Shown here piece by piece: positions 30,540 to 42,212 of a DNA stretch of 64,000 nt. The position numbers were made by a program, and so were the translations under genes. Source of the DNA: an uncultured bacterium (GTDB taxonomy: Bacteria; Hydrothermota; UBA3073; NMUJ01; CBEVQO01); the NCBI GenBank assembly GCA_965552055.1, contig CBEVQO010000010.1:16712-80711 (forward strand), written 5' to 3'. A model generated the notes under the pieces. The model was not told the DNA's origin, made no database searches, and saw only the letters and a program-made list of their open reading frames with translations. The first letter of the stretch is position 1. Each line of letters begins with the position of its first letter.

Positions 30540-31223
30540 TTATCTCACTATACACTTTTTTACAAATCTACTTATTCTCTTTTTTATCTCTTCGAGTTCT
30601 TCGTCTTTGAATAATCTCGCCTCTTTTATTGATGGGTCAAGTGTTTTCACTGTTTGAGGCTTTTGTATCACCACAAGTTCTGCATCTTTTAACCATTTTT
30701 CCAGTTTATATGCATCTTCAATCTTGAAAAAATAGGGAAAAAGTGTCAATCTAAATTCATAGTTTTTACCACTATTTTTAACTATATTTATACTTTCTTC
30801 TATTTTCGACAAATCAACTTTAACGCCCACAGCTTCACTATATCTATCTGGTGATGCTTTCACATCCATAGCGATGTAGGTAAGATATGGCAAACATTTT
30901 TCAATCATTTCGGGATTTGTTCCGTTTGTGTCTAACTTTGTTAAAAAACCTTTTTCTTTCACTTTCTTTAAAAAATCGGGCAAATCTTTATGTAATGTGG
31001 GCTCACCTCCGCACACTACAACTGCATCGAGTAAATTTTTTCTCCTTTCAAGATAATCAAATACAAAATCTTCTGTAATGTCGGGTAAATCTTCGTAGCC
31101 TATTACCAATTCTGGGTTATGACAATATCTGCATCTAAAATTACATCCTCCTGTAAATAAAACGCAGGATATTTTTTCGGGATAGTCTATAAAAGATACT
31201 TTTTGTATTCCTTTGAAAATCAA
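30540..31223 (-). CDS. nrdG: Anaerobic RNR activating radical SAM enzyme
   Basis: SFIDYP, GCNFRCRYCHN, GGEPT, KLDTNG, YEFR. Confidence 0.92.
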   Translation of the reverse strand: MIFKGIQKVSFIDYPEKISCVLFTGGCNFRCRYCHNPELVIGYEDLPDITEDFVFDYLERRKNLLDAVVVCGGEPTLHKDLPDFLKKVKEKGFLTKLDTNGTNPEMIEKCLPYLTYIAMDVKASPDRYSEAVGVKVDLSKIEESINIVKNSGKNYEFRLTLFPYFFKIEDAYKLEKWLKDAELVVIQKPQTVKTLDPSIKEARLFKDEELEEIKKRISRFVKKCIVR

Positions 31224-31966
31224 ACCTTTTCTATCGTTATATCGCCGCCCGTAGTGCGTAGATTTAATTCTCCCTTTTTCTCACCCAGAATGCCTTTTAT
31301 CCTGTTTTCTTCTTTTATATCAAAGGTAAGTGGCAAATCGCATGTAACTTCGCCAAATCTTGCAAGTGCATCTATTTGCAAATTTAAATTTTCACCAAGT
31401 TTTAAATTTATATCACCACCCACACAATGCAAAGAGCCTGAATTTATCTCCTTTAAAGATAAAGAAACATCTCCTCCCATTATTTCTGCTGTCAATCTAT
31501 CAGTAATCAAATTGCCAGAAAGGTCGCCCCCTGTTATCATAATATCTAAATTCTTAACCTTTGGTGTCTCAACCTTTAAATCCTCAATTGCATCAATTAT
31601 AACTTTTTCGGCTTCCCTTTTTGTATGGGTAATTCTACCATAAAACTTCATTTCTTTATCAGGTGAAGTATTGATATACACATCTCCACCTGTTACCCTT
31701 ATTCTTATTTCATCGGAAGGTGTCAAAGTTATTGTGTGTTCTTCTATTTTTCTGCCAAATTTCGCACCAACAAACTCAGGAAAGGAATGAAATACCGAAG
31801 ATACTGTATCAAAAACATTTCCTATTGTAGTAAATATCGTCTCAAAAATACCTGTATGTAAACTTTCTTTTTCCCTCTTTTTGATTTTTTCTATAAGTTT
31901 TGCTGCGTCTTCAGGGGATAATTTTCCTTCTTTTACCATCTTCAAAATTTCCATTATTTCTTCCAT
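31220..31966 (-). CDS. SHOCT-like + DUF4097 beta-repeat protein
   Basis: ILKMVKEGKLSPEDA N-terminus; GGD[VI] repeats. Confidence 0.75.
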   Translation of the reverse strand: MEEIMEILKMVKEGKLSPEDAAKLIEKIKKREKESLHTGIFETIFTTIGNVFDTVSSVFHSFPEFVGAKFGRKIEEHTITLTPSDEIRIRVTGGDVYINTSPDKEMKFYGRITHTKREAEKVIIDAIEDLKVETPKVKNLDIMITGGDLSGNLITDRLTAEIMGGDVSLSLKEINSGSLHCVGGDINLKLGENLNLQIDALARFGEVTCDLPLTFDIKEENRIKGILGEKKGELNLRTTGGDITIEKV

Positions 31967-31974
31967 TTTACCTC

Positions 31975-32238
31975 CTATCCGAATTTAAAAGGTGTTTCAT
32001 AAAGTATCCATGAGGCAATTGCTCCAAACATCATGAGTGCAGATATCCAGCGCGCAAAGTCACCAAGGTCGGGTTTATCACCATGAAAATCTTTATTACC
32101 GTAATAAAGACCGAATAACGATGATAGTGCTGTTAGCGCAAGAAAAACATCAGTAGCAGGCCGCATATTCTTAACAGAAAACCATGCCTGTGCCCAGAAA
32201 AACACAAAGCTTAAAATACCAAAAACAAAACCCAACAT
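31975..32238 (-). CDS. Small membrane protein
   Basis: Three hydrophobic segments; SD GGAGG. Confidence 0.65.
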   Translation of the reverse strand: MLGFVFGILSFVFFWAQAWFSVKNMRPATDVFLALTALSSLFGLYYGNKDFHGDKPDLGDFARWISALMMFGAIASWILYETPFKFG

Positions 32239-32259
32239 AACCCCTCCTTCCTACATTAA

Positions 32260-32286
32260 ATTTTATCCAAATAACATGTTTGTCAA
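32260..32286 (-). promoter_or_regulatory. TTGACA-N15-TAAAAT promoter
   Basis: -35 at 32286-81 contains the TGA stop of the upstream gene; -10 at 32265-60. Confidence 0.7.
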
Positions 32287-33740
32287 TAAGAAAGTTTCCA
32301 GAAATAAATCCTTTTCTTCTCATGTTCTATATGCTTTTTCATATTATCGGGTAAGAAATCCTGTGGATAAATTCTTTCGTTAAAATCATAAAAAATCAAA
32401 TAATCATCAATTTGCTCCACTTTGAAACTTATGTTATTCTTTTTCAAATATTCTTTTAAAAATTTTTCTTCTCCTCTTCTGTAGATATAGAACACCCTTT
32501 GGGCGCTATCGACATCTTCTATATATTTTCTGTATCTCGCAACAAATACGGGACCTGAAAATGTTGAAACTTCAATCTCTTCCGATGTTAAAAATATCAC
32601 AGGATAAGCAATATCATAAGTGGCATAGCCATAATGCAAATTTTTATCTTCTAAAAAATTTACGATTTGTTTAATGGGCCGTGAAATGGTTTCTTTTTTA
32701 ATCTCAAAAAGATAAACAGAAAAATTCAAAATAAGAACAGGAATTAAAAGCAATTTCCTGCGTAAGTAAGAAACTAAGCAATACAGCGGAACATAAGCAC
32801 CTATAAGATAACGAACCCTCTTCGAACAGAAAATTAAGAAAAACAGAAGAGTTAAAAGGAAATACAGAAATTTGAAATCTTTGTTGCGATTCCTGTAAAT
32901 ATCATAAATTATGAAGCCGAAAATCGGAATGTTCAACAGGGATAAGATTAATAAAATAGAAGGCGAAAATCTGATATTTAAAAATTGTAAAATATTGGAG
33001 ATACGCAAAGAAAAAGAATAACTGAAAAGAGTAGAAGGAGAATATCCTGCTAATGAAGCTACCAGAAATTTATAAGTCAGGAAATCACATGTTGTATTGC
33101 GTATAAAAACAGGAAGATGACCCAGAAAAATCCCCAGTAATACTACAAATATCTTCTTATACTCTCTTCTAAGTAAAATAAGAATAAGTGCTGATAAAAT
33201 GAAAGACGCAGTTAGATAATTGAAATTTAAAGCCCATCCGGATAAAAAGCCATATAAAATATAAACCCAGATTTTATCTGAATTATAAATTTTAAAAAAC
33301 AAAATTGATAATATTATTCCCCACAAAACAGTAGCGATATGCAATTCTTTTAAACTGTAATAAAATAAGGGATAGCCCGACAATCCAAAAAGAAAAAGTG
33401 CTAAGTTATCTTTTAAAAGACACGCGAAAAGGAAAAAACCGATAAAGTAAAGAATGAGTGAGCCCAATTTTATCGCTATAATCTTATTTTTAAAAAATTT
33501 TATAAAAATTGAAGCAATATATGAATCAAGAGGGAAAAGCCATGCCTGACCATAGTAAAAGAGAGGAAAATGCCTCCCTTCTGCAATATGAAGCGCTATA
33601 ATGCCAGATACTGCCTGGTCAGCATCAATCACATCTTTAAATTTAAACAAAAGAAAAAATCTCAGAAAAATTGTTAGCAAAAATATTAATGCGATTTTAA
33701 TTCTTCTCTCAGAAATTTTCCCGTATATGATTTTTCGCAT
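32283..33740 (-). CDS. GT-C-like membrane glycosyltransferase
   Basis: DADQA..G..A.HI..G..PLFYYGQ, RYL, YA.Y..AY; start uncertain. Confidence 0.7.
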   Translation of the reverse strand: MRKIIYGKISERRIKIALIFLLTIFLRFFLLFKFKDVIDADQAVSGIIALHIAEGRHFPLFYYGQAWLFPLDSYIASIFIKFFKNKIIAIKLGSLILYFIGFFLFACLLKDNLALFLFGLSGYPLFYYSLKELHIATVLWGIILSILFFKIYNSDKIWVYILYGFLSGWALNFNYLTASFILSALILILLRREYKKIFVVLLGIFLGHLPVFIRNTTCDFLTYKFLVASLAGYSPSTLFSYSFSLRISNILQFLNIRFSPSILLILSLLNIPIFGFIIYDIYRNRNKDFKFLYFLLTLLFFLIFCSKRVRYLIGAYVPLYCLVSYLRRKLLLIPVLILNFSVYLFEIKKETISRPIKQIVNFLEDKNLHYGYATYDIAYPVIFLTSEEIEVSTFSGPVFVARYRKYIEDVDSAQRVFYIYRRGEEKFLKEYLKKNNISFKVEQIDDYLIFYDFNERIYPQDFLPDNMKKHIEHEKKRIYFWKLSY

Positions 33741-36445
33741 TGTGCTACTTTTTCTGGTGGACCTTCACAAACGATGTAACCACCTTCATCTCCACCTTCG
33801 GGTCCCAAATCAATTATCCAGTCAGCACACTTAATCACTTCCATATTATGTTCTATCACGACAACAGTATTTCCTCTGTCAACAAGGCGCTGTAAAACAT
33901 TTAAAAGCATCTTTACATCTTCAAAGTGCAAACCTGTTGTGGGTTCATCGAGCAGATATAGGGTTTTACCCGTTGCAACTTTTGATAATTCTTTTGCAAG
34001 CTTAACTCTCTGTGCTTCGCCTCCTGATAAAGTTGGAGCAGGTTGTCCCAGTTTTATGTAGCCAAGACCCACATCATAAAGCAACTGTAACTTGCGCTTT
34101 ATCTTTGGAATGTTTTCGAAAAATTTAAGTGCTTCTGTTACCGACATCTCAAGTACATCTGCTATATTTTTGCCTTTGTAAGTTATCTCAAGTGTCTCTC
34201 TATTATATCGCTTCCCTTTACAAACATCACAAGGTATATAAATATCGGGTAAGAAATGCATCTCAACTTTTATCATGCCTTCACCCTTACATGCCTCACA
34301 CCTGCCACCTGCTACATTGAAGCTAAATCTACCGGGTTTATACCCTCTTGCTCTCGATTCCTTTAATTCTGCAAAAAATTCCCGTATCGGGGTAAACACC
34401 CCTGTGTAGGTGGCTGGATTTGAGCGAGGTGTCCTGCCTATCGGTGACTGATCGATAAATACAACTTTGTCTATATTTTCAATTCCAAGGATTGCATCAT
34501 GGTCGCCCGGTGGTTCTTTTGATTTATAAAAGTGACGCTTCAATGCCTTATACAAAATATCATTTATCAAACTGGATTTTCCCGAACCAGATACCCCTGT
34601 GATGACAACAAAAAGTCCGAGTGGTATTTTAACATCTATTGACTTTAAATTGTTATGCCTTGCTCCTTTTATTGTTAAATATTTTCCTTTTGGTTTTCTT
34701 CTTTCTTTTGGTACTTCAATTTTTTCTTTTCCTGATAGATATTTTGCCGTCAACGAACCATCATTTTTTATAAAATCTTTAGGATGACCTGTTGCAACCA
34801 CTCTACCACCATACTCACCTGCCCCTGGTCCAAGGTCAATTATATAATCTGCATTCATTATCGTTGATTTATCGTGTTCAACAACAATTACGGTATTTCC
34901 AAGGTCTCTTAACTGTTTCAGAGTATTAACGAGTCGCATTACATCTCGCTGATGCAAGCCAATCGTTGGCTCATCAAGAATATAGGTAACACCTGTGAGC
35001 CCCGAACCTATCTGCGTGGCAAGGCGAACTCGCTCCTCTTCACCACCAGACAAAGTATCTGCGCGACGAGAAAGTGTAAGATAATCAAGACCAACATCTA
35101 TCAAAAATTGTAAACGCCTTTTAATCTCCTTTATTATCTGGGATGCAACTTTTTCTTCGTATTCTGTTAATTCCAATTCGTTAAAAAATTTCATACATTC
35201 TTTTATCGTCATATCCGTTATCTCTGCTATATTTTTGCCCCTTATTTTTATTGCTAAACTTTCCTTTTTTAATCTCGCTCCTTTGCACTCGGGGCACGGT
35301 AAATAAATCATATATTGTTCAATCCACTCTTTTACTTCTTCTGATTCTGTTTCAAAATATTTATTCAAAAGATGGGGAATCACCCCTTCAAAATAATCAT
35401 CACCATATAAAACTGCTTCTTTTTCTTCATCTGTTAATTCTTCCCAGGGTTTTGATAGGTCTATTCCTTTCCTTCTTTCGAGGTCTTCGAGTTCCCATCT
35501 CAATCTATATCTTGGTTCGCCCCATGGTTCTATCGCTCCTTCATATACAGAAAGAGAAGGGTCAGAGATTAACAATTCTGGGTCTATTTCCATTTTTATT
35601 CCAAGACCATGGCATTTTGGACACGCACCATAAGGTGAATTGAAAGAAAACATACGGGGAGATATTTCTTCGTAACTTACCCCACAGTGCGGACATGCAA
35701 GTTTTGTATTGAAAATATGCAACTTATCGGGCATTTCAAGAACATAAACCATACCTTTGCCTTCTGCAAGTGCCATCTCAACAGAATCCGCCAACCTCTT
35801 CCTTATCTCGGGAGAAACTATCAACCTATCTATCACAATCTCAATATCATGTTTTTTATATTTTTCGAGTTCAGGCGGTGATTCCACATCGTAAATTTCA
35901 CCATCAACCCTAACTTTTGTAAAGCCCCTTCTTTTTAACCTGTTAAACTCTTCCCGGTATTCTCCCTTTCTGCCTCTCACAATTGGTGCAAGTATCATTA
36001 TTTTTGCACCCCGGGGTAGTTCCAGAATTTTATCAACTATCTGGTCGAGTGTCATCGATTTTATTTCTCTTCCACATTTATAACAATAAGGTACTCCTAT
36101 CCTTGCGAATAAAAGTCGCAAATAATCGTAAATTTCTGTAACGGTTCCAACGGTTGACCTTGGATTTTTTGAAGGTGTCCTCTGTCCTATTGCGATTGTG
36201 GGAGTAAGCCCTATTATCGCATCAACATCGGGTTTCTGCATCATACCGAGGAATTGCCGTGCATAAGCAGAAAGCGATTCAAGATAGCGCCTTTGACCTT
36301 CTGCATAAATTGTATCAAAAGCAAGAGATGATTTACCGGAGCCAGATATCCCTGTTATAACTATGAGTTTATTTTTTGGTATCTCAACAGTTATATTTTT
36401 GAGATTGTGAACTCTTGCACCTTTTACGATAATTTTATCAATCAC
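33686..36445 (-). CDS. uvrA: Excinuclease ABC subunit A
   Basis: Two ABC domains (G.SGSGKSSL), zinc fingers, [13 protein letters not shown]. Confidence 0.99.
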   Translation of the reverse strand: MIDKIIVKGARVHNLKNITVEIPKNKLIVITGISGSGKSSLAFDTIYAEGQRRYLESLSAYARQFLGMMQKPDVDAIIGLTPTIAIGQRTPSKNPRSTVGTVTEIYDYLRLLFARIGVPYCYKCGREIKSMTLDQIVDKILELPRGAKIMILAPIVRGRKGEYREEFNRLKRRGFTKVRVDGEIYDVESPPELEKYKKHDIEIVIDRLIVSPEIRKRLADSVEMALAEGKGMVYVLEMPDKLHIFNTKLACPHCGVSYEEISPRMFSFNSPYGACPKCHGLGIKMEIDPELLISDPSLSVYEGAIEPWGEPRYRLRWELEDLERRKGIDLSKPWEELTDEEKEAVLYGDDYFEGVIPHLLNKYFETESEEVKEWIEQYMIYLPCPECKGARLKKESLAIKIRGKNIAEITDMTIKECMKFFNELELTEYEEKVASQIIKEIKRRLQFLIDVGLDYLTLSRRADTLSGGEEERVRLATQIGSGLTGVTYILDEPTIGLHQRDVMRLVNTLKQLRDLGNTVIVVEHDKSTIMNADYIIDLGPGAGEYGGRVVATGHPKDFIKNDGSLTAKYLSGKEKIEVPKERRKPKGKYLTIKGARHNNLKSIDVKIPLGLFVVITGVSGSGKSSLINDILYKALKRHFYKSKEPPGDHDAILGIENIDKVVFIDQSPIGRTPRSNPATYTGVFTPIREFFAELKESRARGYKPGRFSFNVAGGRCEACKGEGMIKVEMHFLPDIYIPCDVCKGKRYNRETLEITYKGKNIADVLEMSVTEALKFFENIPKIKRKLQLLYDVGLGYIKLGQPAPTLSGGEAQRVKLAKELSKVATGKTLYLLDEPTTGLHFEDVKMLLNVLQRLVDRGNTVVVIEHNMEVIKCADWIIDLGPEGGDEGGYIVCEGPPEKVAQCEKSYTGKFLREELKSH

Positions 36446-36450
36446 AAATT

Positions 36451-36477
36451 ATAATATTCTGATTTTTCAAAAGTCAA
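36451..36477 (-). promoter_or_regulatory. uvrA promoter TTGACT-N15-TATTAT, probably leaderless
   Basis: GTG start 5 nt after -10; an alternative N18-TATAAT reading is possible. Confidence 0.55.
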
Positions 36478-36516
36478 GTTTAAGACCTTTTTGATATACC
36501 ATCTGTAGTGAAAAAT

Positions 36517-36934
36517 TTACAGAATTTCTACTCCTTTATTGGCGAAATAATTCTTAAAATGCTTATCAAAGGTAAAAATTTTATTTATTTTGTATTTTTC
36601 AATAAAAAGAAAACTTGTCCAATCTACTAGACTTATATTTTTATTTTTCCCAGATAATAAATGTTCTAAAGCTTTTTCATGTAATGCTTTATCAACCCAA
36701 TGAATATATATTAAAGGCTCCACAATATTTCTCCAATCCTTCACTGCATTTAATCCTACTCTGAATTGCAAAAGTGTAATAGTTTCGAGTATCACATATG
36801 AAGTTGTCACCAAATTATAACCATTTCTTATGATTTCATTTTCAAAATATTTCCTTTGCTCTTTCATGAAATTCATCGTTTTCTACAAGTAAAGCGAAAA
36901 AAGCTGAAGTATCTACAAAAACTAGCTCTGGCAT
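36517..36934 (-). pseudogene. vapC: VapC/PIN-domain toxin, frameshifted near 36855
   Basis: Upstream frame from ATG 36934 gives MPELVFVDTSAFFALL…DEFHERAKEIF*; downstream frame has TTSYVILET, SLVDWTSF, FTFDKHF. Confidence 0.8.
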
Positions 36935-37575
36935 TTTTCTATTATTTCTGTCAAATATTTATCGTGATTCCTTGAAATGTCATTTTCTTTTGTTTTATAC
37001 TTACCTATTAATTTTTTCATTTGTGTTAAATCCGGTCTGAATAATTCCAATAATGTAGCGTAAACTTCATCCGTTTCAAGAAGCCATTTTTTCTCAAATA
37101 TCTGATTTGCGATTCTAACCTTTCCATTTTCTTTTATTTTACTTATTTTTTCATACAATTCTTTGCATTTTTCGTCCTTATTTTTATAAGAAATAAGCAA
37201 TAAAAAACCATATTTTTCCTTTCCTTCGATTTTATAAATATCTTTGGCTAATTTATTTATATCTTGCTTTAATGAATTTTCATGAAAATTCCAGGGTCCT
37301 CCCTTTAATTCAATTAAGATTTCCATATCTTTATTTTTAATTATTATATCCCAAATTTTTTCTTTCTCCTTTATTGTAGAATAAGGCTTTGCGTCAACTT
37401 TATCTTTCCCTAATTTCTTCCAAAGATTTACAAATAAAATTTGATTACAATAAGGCTCTTTATCGCCTTTCTCTCTTATATGTTTAGAAGCATATTGAAA
37501 AAGTTTATCTTCAAAAATCTCTTTTTTGATTATTTCCTTAATTATATCTACTGCTTTATTTTTTAAATCATTCAT
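36922..37575 (-). CDS. PD-(D/E)XK-like protein with C-terminal VapB-type tail
   Basis: WDIII…LIELKG…DINKL; C-terminal LIGKY…DISRNHDKYL; overlaps the vapC start. Confidence 0.6.
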   Translation of the reverse strand: MNDLKNKAVDIIKEIIKKEIFEDKLFQYASKHIREKGDKEPYCNQILFVNLWKKLGKDKVDAKPYSTIKEKEKIWDIIIKNKDMEILIELKGGPWNFHENSLKQDINKLAKDIYKIEGKEKYGFLLLISYKNKDEKCKELYEKISKIKENGKVRIANQIFEKKWLLETDEVYATLLELFRPDLTQMKKLIGKYKTKENDISRNHDKYLTEIIEKCQS

Positions 37576-37581
37576 CAATTA

Positions 37582-37608
37582 ATTTTACACACGAAATTGA
37601 ATTGTCAA
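37582..37608 (-). promoter_or_regulatory. TTGACA-N15-TAAAAT promoter, leaderless
   Basis: -35 contains the TGA stop of the upstream gene; ATG 37575 lies 6 nt after -10. Confidence 0.7.
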
Positions 37609-38327
37609 CAAATTTTCTGGGCTCTTTTAAGGTCTTTCTCTGTATCTATATCACACCATAAGATTTCTTTTCTCTTTTTTCTCAATTCATTTATGAGATA
37701 GTAGCCTACTTTTTTATCTTTTGCCATAATTTGTATACATTCCGACCACTTTGACCTGCCCTTTTTCAAAGCAGCTTCCACATATTTATAAATGTCAGAT
37801 TTGCATATAAAAATACCAGTATCAACATATCTGCTTAATAACTTTTTGCCGATTTTCACAATTAAATCCCTTTTTATCCTGACCTTACAATCCTCAAAAC
37901 CTGGCCATTTTTTCTCAACCCCTATTTTCAAAATCTTATCATCAAAATCCAAATTTAACATTTTTTCTATAACTTTTGGAGAAAAAAGATGATCACTCAT
38001 CATCAGCAAAAATTTTGTATAAATATTCTTAGCACACCATAAAGAATAAAGATTATCGGTTTTTTCCCATTCCTTATTCAACACAAACATAATGTTCAAC
38101 TTAAAATTTCTACTTCTAATCTTTTCTATAACTTTTCTCGCCATATACCCAACCACAATGGCAACATTTTTAACACCATTTTTTTCTAAAATTTCAAGGT
38201 TGTGAAAAATTATGGGTTTATCTTTTATCTCTATCAGGCATTTTGGTATATTTTTTGTAATTTTGTTCAGGCGTTTTCCTCTGCCTGCTGCAAGTATCAC
38301 GACATTATCTATGTGCCCATCTCCCAT
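37605..38327 (-). CDS. NTP-transferase (phosphocholine/inositol-phosphate cytidylyltransferase-like)
   Basis: ILAAGRG.RL…PKCL, N..SL, SDH, WCDIDT..DL. Confidence 0.85.
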   Translation of the reverse strand: MGDGHIDNVVILAAGRGKRLNKITKNIPKCLIEIKDKPIIFHNLEILEKNGVKNVAIVVGYMARKVIEKIRSRNFKLNIMFVLNKEWEKTDNLYSLWCAKNIYTKFLLMMSDHLFSPKVIEKMLNLDFDDKILKIGVEKKWPGFEDCKVRIKRDLIVKIGKKLLSRYVDTGIFICKSDIYKYVEAALKKGRSKWSECIQIMAKDKKVGYYLINELRKKRKEILWCDIDTEKDLKRAQKIC

Positions 38328-39565
38328 GACGAAAGATATTTCTTTTGTTCTTCTGTTAACTCATCAATTTCTATACCCATTGATGCAAGTTTTAACTTTG
38401 CTATTTCTTCATCGATTTCATCCGGGAGTTTATAAACTTTCTTTTCAAGTTTTTTATAATTTTCTTTTATATATTTGACGGCAAGCGCCTGATTTGCGAA
38501 ACTCATATCCATAACATCCGGCGGATGACCCTCTGCTGCTGATAAATTAACAAGACGACCTTCTGCAAGTAGAAAAATCTTTTTTCCATTCTTCAATCTG
38601 TATTCTTCAACAAATGGACGAACTTCTTTCACTTCCTGAGATAATTCTTTCAATGCTTTTTTATTTATTTCAACATCAAAATGACCCGAATTACATAAAA
38701 TACAGCCATCCTTCGCATTCTCAATATGTTCTTTATCTATGACATTTATATCGCCTGTTGCTGTGATAACTAAATCAGCTTCTTTTATCGCATCTATTGA
38801 TTTTTTCACTGTAAAACCATCCATAATTGCTTCTATTGCACGAACTGGATTTACTTCGCTCACATAAACAATTGCACCCATGCCCCTTAACCGCATAGCT
38901 ATACCTCTACCACACCATCCATATCCGCATACAAGCGCTTTCTTGCCGGCAAGCAAAATATTTGTAGAACGCAGGATGCCATCGATAGTGCTTTGACCTG
39001 TTCCATATCTATTGTCAAATAAAAATTTGGTATATGAATCATTTACGGCAATTATAGGATATTTTAAAACTCCTTCTCTTGCCATTTGTTTTAATCTTAT
39101 CACACCTGTTGTTGTTTCCTCTGTTCCGCCTATCACATTTTCTACAATTTCTTTTCTTTTGGAATGAAGTGTTGATACAAGGTCTGCTCCGTCATCCATT
39201 GTAATATCTGGCTTCATATCAAGAACAGCATCTATATTCTCGTAATATTCTTCTCTTTCTTCTCCTTTAATCGCAAATACGGGTATATTGTAAATTTTTA
39301 CAAGTGCTGCTGCTACATCATCTTGGGTTGAGAGAGGATTTGAAGCGCATAATCTAACTTCTGCACCTCCTGCTTTCAGTGTTAACATTAAGTTTGCTGT
39401 TTCTGTTGTAACATGAAGACAGCATCCTATTTTCACCCCTTTTAATGGTTTTTCTTTCTCATATTCTTTACGAATTTCTCTAAGCACTGGCATAAGATTT
39501 TGTGCCCATTTTATCCTTTTATCACCGAGTTCCGCAAGACCCAAATCCTTTACTCTGTAATCCAT
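38309..39565 (-). CDS. ahcY: Adenosylhomocysteinase
   Basis: [43 protein letters not shown]. Confidence 0.98.
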   Translation of the reverse strand: MDYRVKDLGLAELGDKRIKWAQNLMPVLREIRKEYEKEKPLKGVKIGCCLHVTTETANLMLTLKAGGAEVRLCASNPLSTQDDVAAALVKIYNIPVFAIKGEEREEYYENIDAVLDMKPDITMDDGADLVSTLHSKRKEIVENVIGGTEETTTGVIRLKQMAREGVLKYPIIAVNDSYTKFLFDNRYGTGQSTIDGILRSTNILLAGKKALVCGYGWCGRGIAMRLRGMGAIVYVSEVNPVRAIEAIMDGFTVKKSIDAIKEADLVITATGDINVIDKEHIENAKDGCILCNSGHFDVEINKKALKELSQEVKEVRPFVEEYRLKNGKKIFLLAEGRLVNLSAAEGHPPDVMDMSFANQALAVKYIKENYKKLEKKVYKLPDEIDEEIAKLKLASMGIEIDELTEEQKKYLSSWEMGT

Positions 39566-39582
39566 AATTCCTCCTTTTGAAG

Positions 39583-39647
39583 ATTATACCTGAAATTTTA
39601 TTTTGTCAATAAATTTTGACTTGACAAATGGGTATTTTCATTAAATT
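39583..39647. promoter_or_regulatory. Divergent promoter pair, both with N15 spacers
   Basis: Minus (ahcY): perfect TTGACA(39609-04)-N15-TATAAT(39588-83). Plus (tRNA-Ala): TTGACA(39621-26)-N15-TAAATT(39642-47). Confidence 0.75.
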
Positions 39648-39656
39648 AGTGAAGAT

Positions 39657-39728
39657 GGGGGCGTAGCTCAGCGGGAGAGCGTCTCTGTGGCATGGAGAAG
39701 GTCGTGGGTTCGAGTCCCACCGCCTCCA
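39657..39728 (+). tRNA. tRNA-Ala(GGC), CCA not encoded
   Basis: Acceptor GGGGGCG/CGCCTCC with G3:U70, anticodon loop GTGGCAT, T-loop GTTCGAGTC. Confidence 0.93.
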
Positions 39729-39744
39729 CTAAAAAGGGGGTAAA

Positions 39745-41049
39745 ATGAAAAAGTTTTTATTTTTAATAGTAGCAGGGATTGTGGGCTGTACTGCGAGAGG
39801 CGGATTCCATGATATTGCTAAAGTGCGTCAGGCAAAAAGGAATCTACGGGAGATAAGAAATGCGATAGAACAATACAGGGTTGACCATGGCCAGTATCCA
39901 CCCGAGGGCTCAAATTTAAAAGAAGTTCTTTCCTTTTATCTCAGCAAAGTACAGAGCGTAGAGGGAGAGGAAGTTCGCCAGCATATCCTCAGGGTAGCCG
40001 ATGCAAAAAATAAAATAAACATCGTAAGAAGTACGCTCGAAAAATGCGCAGGAATAAAGGATGAGAATGTCTTTAACAGGCTAAAACTAATAGAAAAAAT
40101 ATTGAGAAAATTCGAAAATGAATTAGCTTATGGAGGGGAAATTCCGGAAACCTTATCAATTCTGAAGCTGGTTAAAGAATGTGATTCCATTGCAAAAACC
40201 TATCATCCCGAAAAGATGGAAATAGCAGCAAGGGAAAGCCTTTCTACATTATTACCCTTTGCAGTAAAATTCGTTGATTCTTTGAGACAGATTTTCTCAA
40301 ATAAGAAAGTTGTTTATGATTGCTTTGACCATATTTATTCAACATTCATGTGCTTTTATAAAAAGTGGCAAAAAGAGAGTGCAGAAGGCTTTAAGGTTTA
40401 TCCTTTAAAACAGGAACTTTCTTTGCTTAAGAAAAACCTGAAAGAAAGAGAAGTAGTATCAAAAATCGAGCAGATTATTGAATTACATGACCACTTACAA
40501 AAGAAGTTAAAGTATGCCGATCTTTTAAAATCTTCGATAGCGAGTTTTGAAGCTGTTCAAAAGACCTTGAAAGAGTTACTCAATATGAGAGAAAATGCGA
40601 TAAAATCTGCCAAAATTGTGCTTGCTCAGGCAACAATAGATAAAATGTCAGATGCTATTTTAGAATACTGGAGAAAAAAGGGAGCATTTCCTTCGGAAAA
40701 ATATGATATTGAAAAAATTGTGAGACCTGCTTTCGTAGAAACTACAATGGGCGGTAAAGTGATAGATAGATGGGAAGAAGCAATAAGCTACTTTACGGAA
40801 CCTCCTGTTTATGTATCGGAAGATACAACCAGGGGCTTTGTAATTTATGGTATTTTTAAAGAAGGAGATGTTAAACTTTCGCGCACAGTAAGGATAGTCA
40901 ATAAATGGGACGAGCTTGTATCTGCTTTTAAAGATAAGAAGGTAGAATACATAACTCCTGACCCCAAAAAGACATTCTTCTTAAAAGCAAGAGCAGATGA
41001 CTCTGGCGGCACGGTTATAACGGATAGACCAGCAAGGAGGGCATTATGA
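39745..41049 (+). CDS. Lipoprotein with two GspG/pseudopilin-like segments
   Basis: Lipobox IVGC; AKRNLREIRNAIEQYRVDHGQYP and AQATIDKMSDAILEYWRKKGAFP. Confidence 0.55.
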   Translation: MKKFLFLIVAGIVGCTARGGFHDIAKVRQAKRNLREIRNAIEQYRVDHGQYPPEGSNLKEVLSFYLSKVQSVEGEEVRQHILRVADAKNKINIVRSTLEKCAGIKDENVFNRLKLIEKILRKFENELAYGGEIPETLSILKLVKECDSIAKTYHPEKMEIAARESLSTLLPFAVKFVDSLRQIFSNKKVVYDCFDHIYSTFMCFYKKWQKESAEGFKVYPLKQELSLLKKNLKEREVVSKIEQIIELHDHLQKKLKYADLLKSSIASFEAVQKTLKELLNMRENAIKSAKIVLAQATIDKMSDAILEYWRKKGAFPSEKYDIEKIVRPAFVETTMGGKVIDRWEEAISYFTEPPVYVSEDTTRGFVIYGIFKEGDVKLSRTVRIVNKWDELVSAFKDKKVEYITPDPKKTFFLKARADDSGGTVITDRPARRAL

Positions 41050-42212
41050 AAAAATCTTTAGCATTAGCATTATTGGTATTTCTATTCTTAAATGCTGAGG
41101 CGAAAAAGAAGAAAAAGGAGGCTGAAGAAGAGAAAAAAGAACCCAGTCCTGCTCAAATTTATTACTCGATAGGTTATCAATATTATCGCATGGGCAAATA
41201 CAACGATGCTATCCGCAACCTACAGCGTGCAATAGCAGAATCAACTCAGTTTAGAGATGCTTATGTGCTACTGGCAGATTGTTATACACGAATTGGAATG
41301 GAAGATAAAGCTCAAGAGACCTATAAAAAATTGATAGACCTTGACCCGGCAGAAGGACATTATGCACTTGGAGCTTTTGCTTTGAAATCAGGGAAATATC
41401 AGGAAGCACTTAATCACTTTAGAGAAGCTTTAAAACACAAAAAGAAATTTGCAAAAGCATATTACGGTATGGGAATGGTTTACGAAGCTATGGGAGATAT
41501 TGAAACCGCAATAGAAAATTATGAACGCGCAGTGAAAATGAAGCCCAAAGAAGGCATTTTCAGAAAAAGATTGGGTAAAGCCTATCTCGCAGCAGGTGAG
41601 AACGAAAAAGCAAAAAAGGAACTCGAAAAGGCAGAGAAACTCCTGAAAAAAGATATCGAAGTTAAAGAAGCTCTCGCAGAAGTACTTTTCAACTTAAAAG
41701 ATTTTGTAAATGCCAAAAAGAAATATCGCGAAGTTTTACAAGCACAACCACAAAATGTAAGCGCATTAATGAAAATAGGTGTTATTTTTGAGGAACAGGA
41801 AAAATTACCCGACTCTGCATTATCATATTACAAAAAAATACTGAAATTCAAACCCGATTACATACCTGCTTACAGCCGGATAATCAAAATTTATATAGAT
41901 GCAGATAACATTGATACTGCTAAAGTTTATCTTGATAAAGCATTTTCCGTAAATCCGGGCAACCAGATTTTACTGTGCCTTGCAGGTGACATCCATTTTA
42001 AACTTGCACAAAATTATTACAAAAGCGATAAAGCCAGCGATTGGGAGAAAGGAGTAGAAGAATGCAAAAAAGCAACTGAATTCTATGAGAAAGCAAAAAC
42101 AGGAAAAGACTCCAAATGGTCGGACTATGCTACAAAAGCAATAGAAAGTGTAAAAAAACTTCGCAAAAAACTGGAAGATAAATTATGGTGGGAAAAGGGG
42201 AAGGAAGATTGA
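41046..42212 (+). CDS. Exported TPR-repeat protein
   Basis: Signal peptide plus multiple TPR consensus units. Confidence 0.88.
   Translation: MKKSLALALLVFLFLNAEAKKKKKEAEEEKKEPSPAQIYYSIGYQYYRMGKYNDAIRNLQRAIAESTQFRDAYVLLADCYTRIGMEDKAQETYKKLIDLDPAEGHYALGAFALKSGKYQEALNHFREALKHKKKFAKAYYGMGMVYEAMGDIETAIENYERAVKMKPKEGIFRKRLGKAYLAAGENEKAKKELEKAEKLLKKDIEVKEALAEVLFNLKDFVNAKKKYREVLQAQPQNVSALMKIGVIFEEQEKLPDSALSYYKKILKFKPDYIPAYSRIIKIYIDADNIDTAKVYLDKAFSVNPGNQILLCLAGDIHFKLAQNYYKSDKASDWEKGVEECKKATEFYEKAKTGKDSKWSDYATKAIESVKKLRKKLEDKLWWEKGKED

Noticed and set aside
36497..36512. NrdR-like or SOS-like site upstream of uvrA
   Set aside because: Single imperfect match with no second instance in the window to define a motif
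39566..39609. SAH/SAM riboswitch before ahcY
   Set aside because: The predicted leader is only ~10 nt
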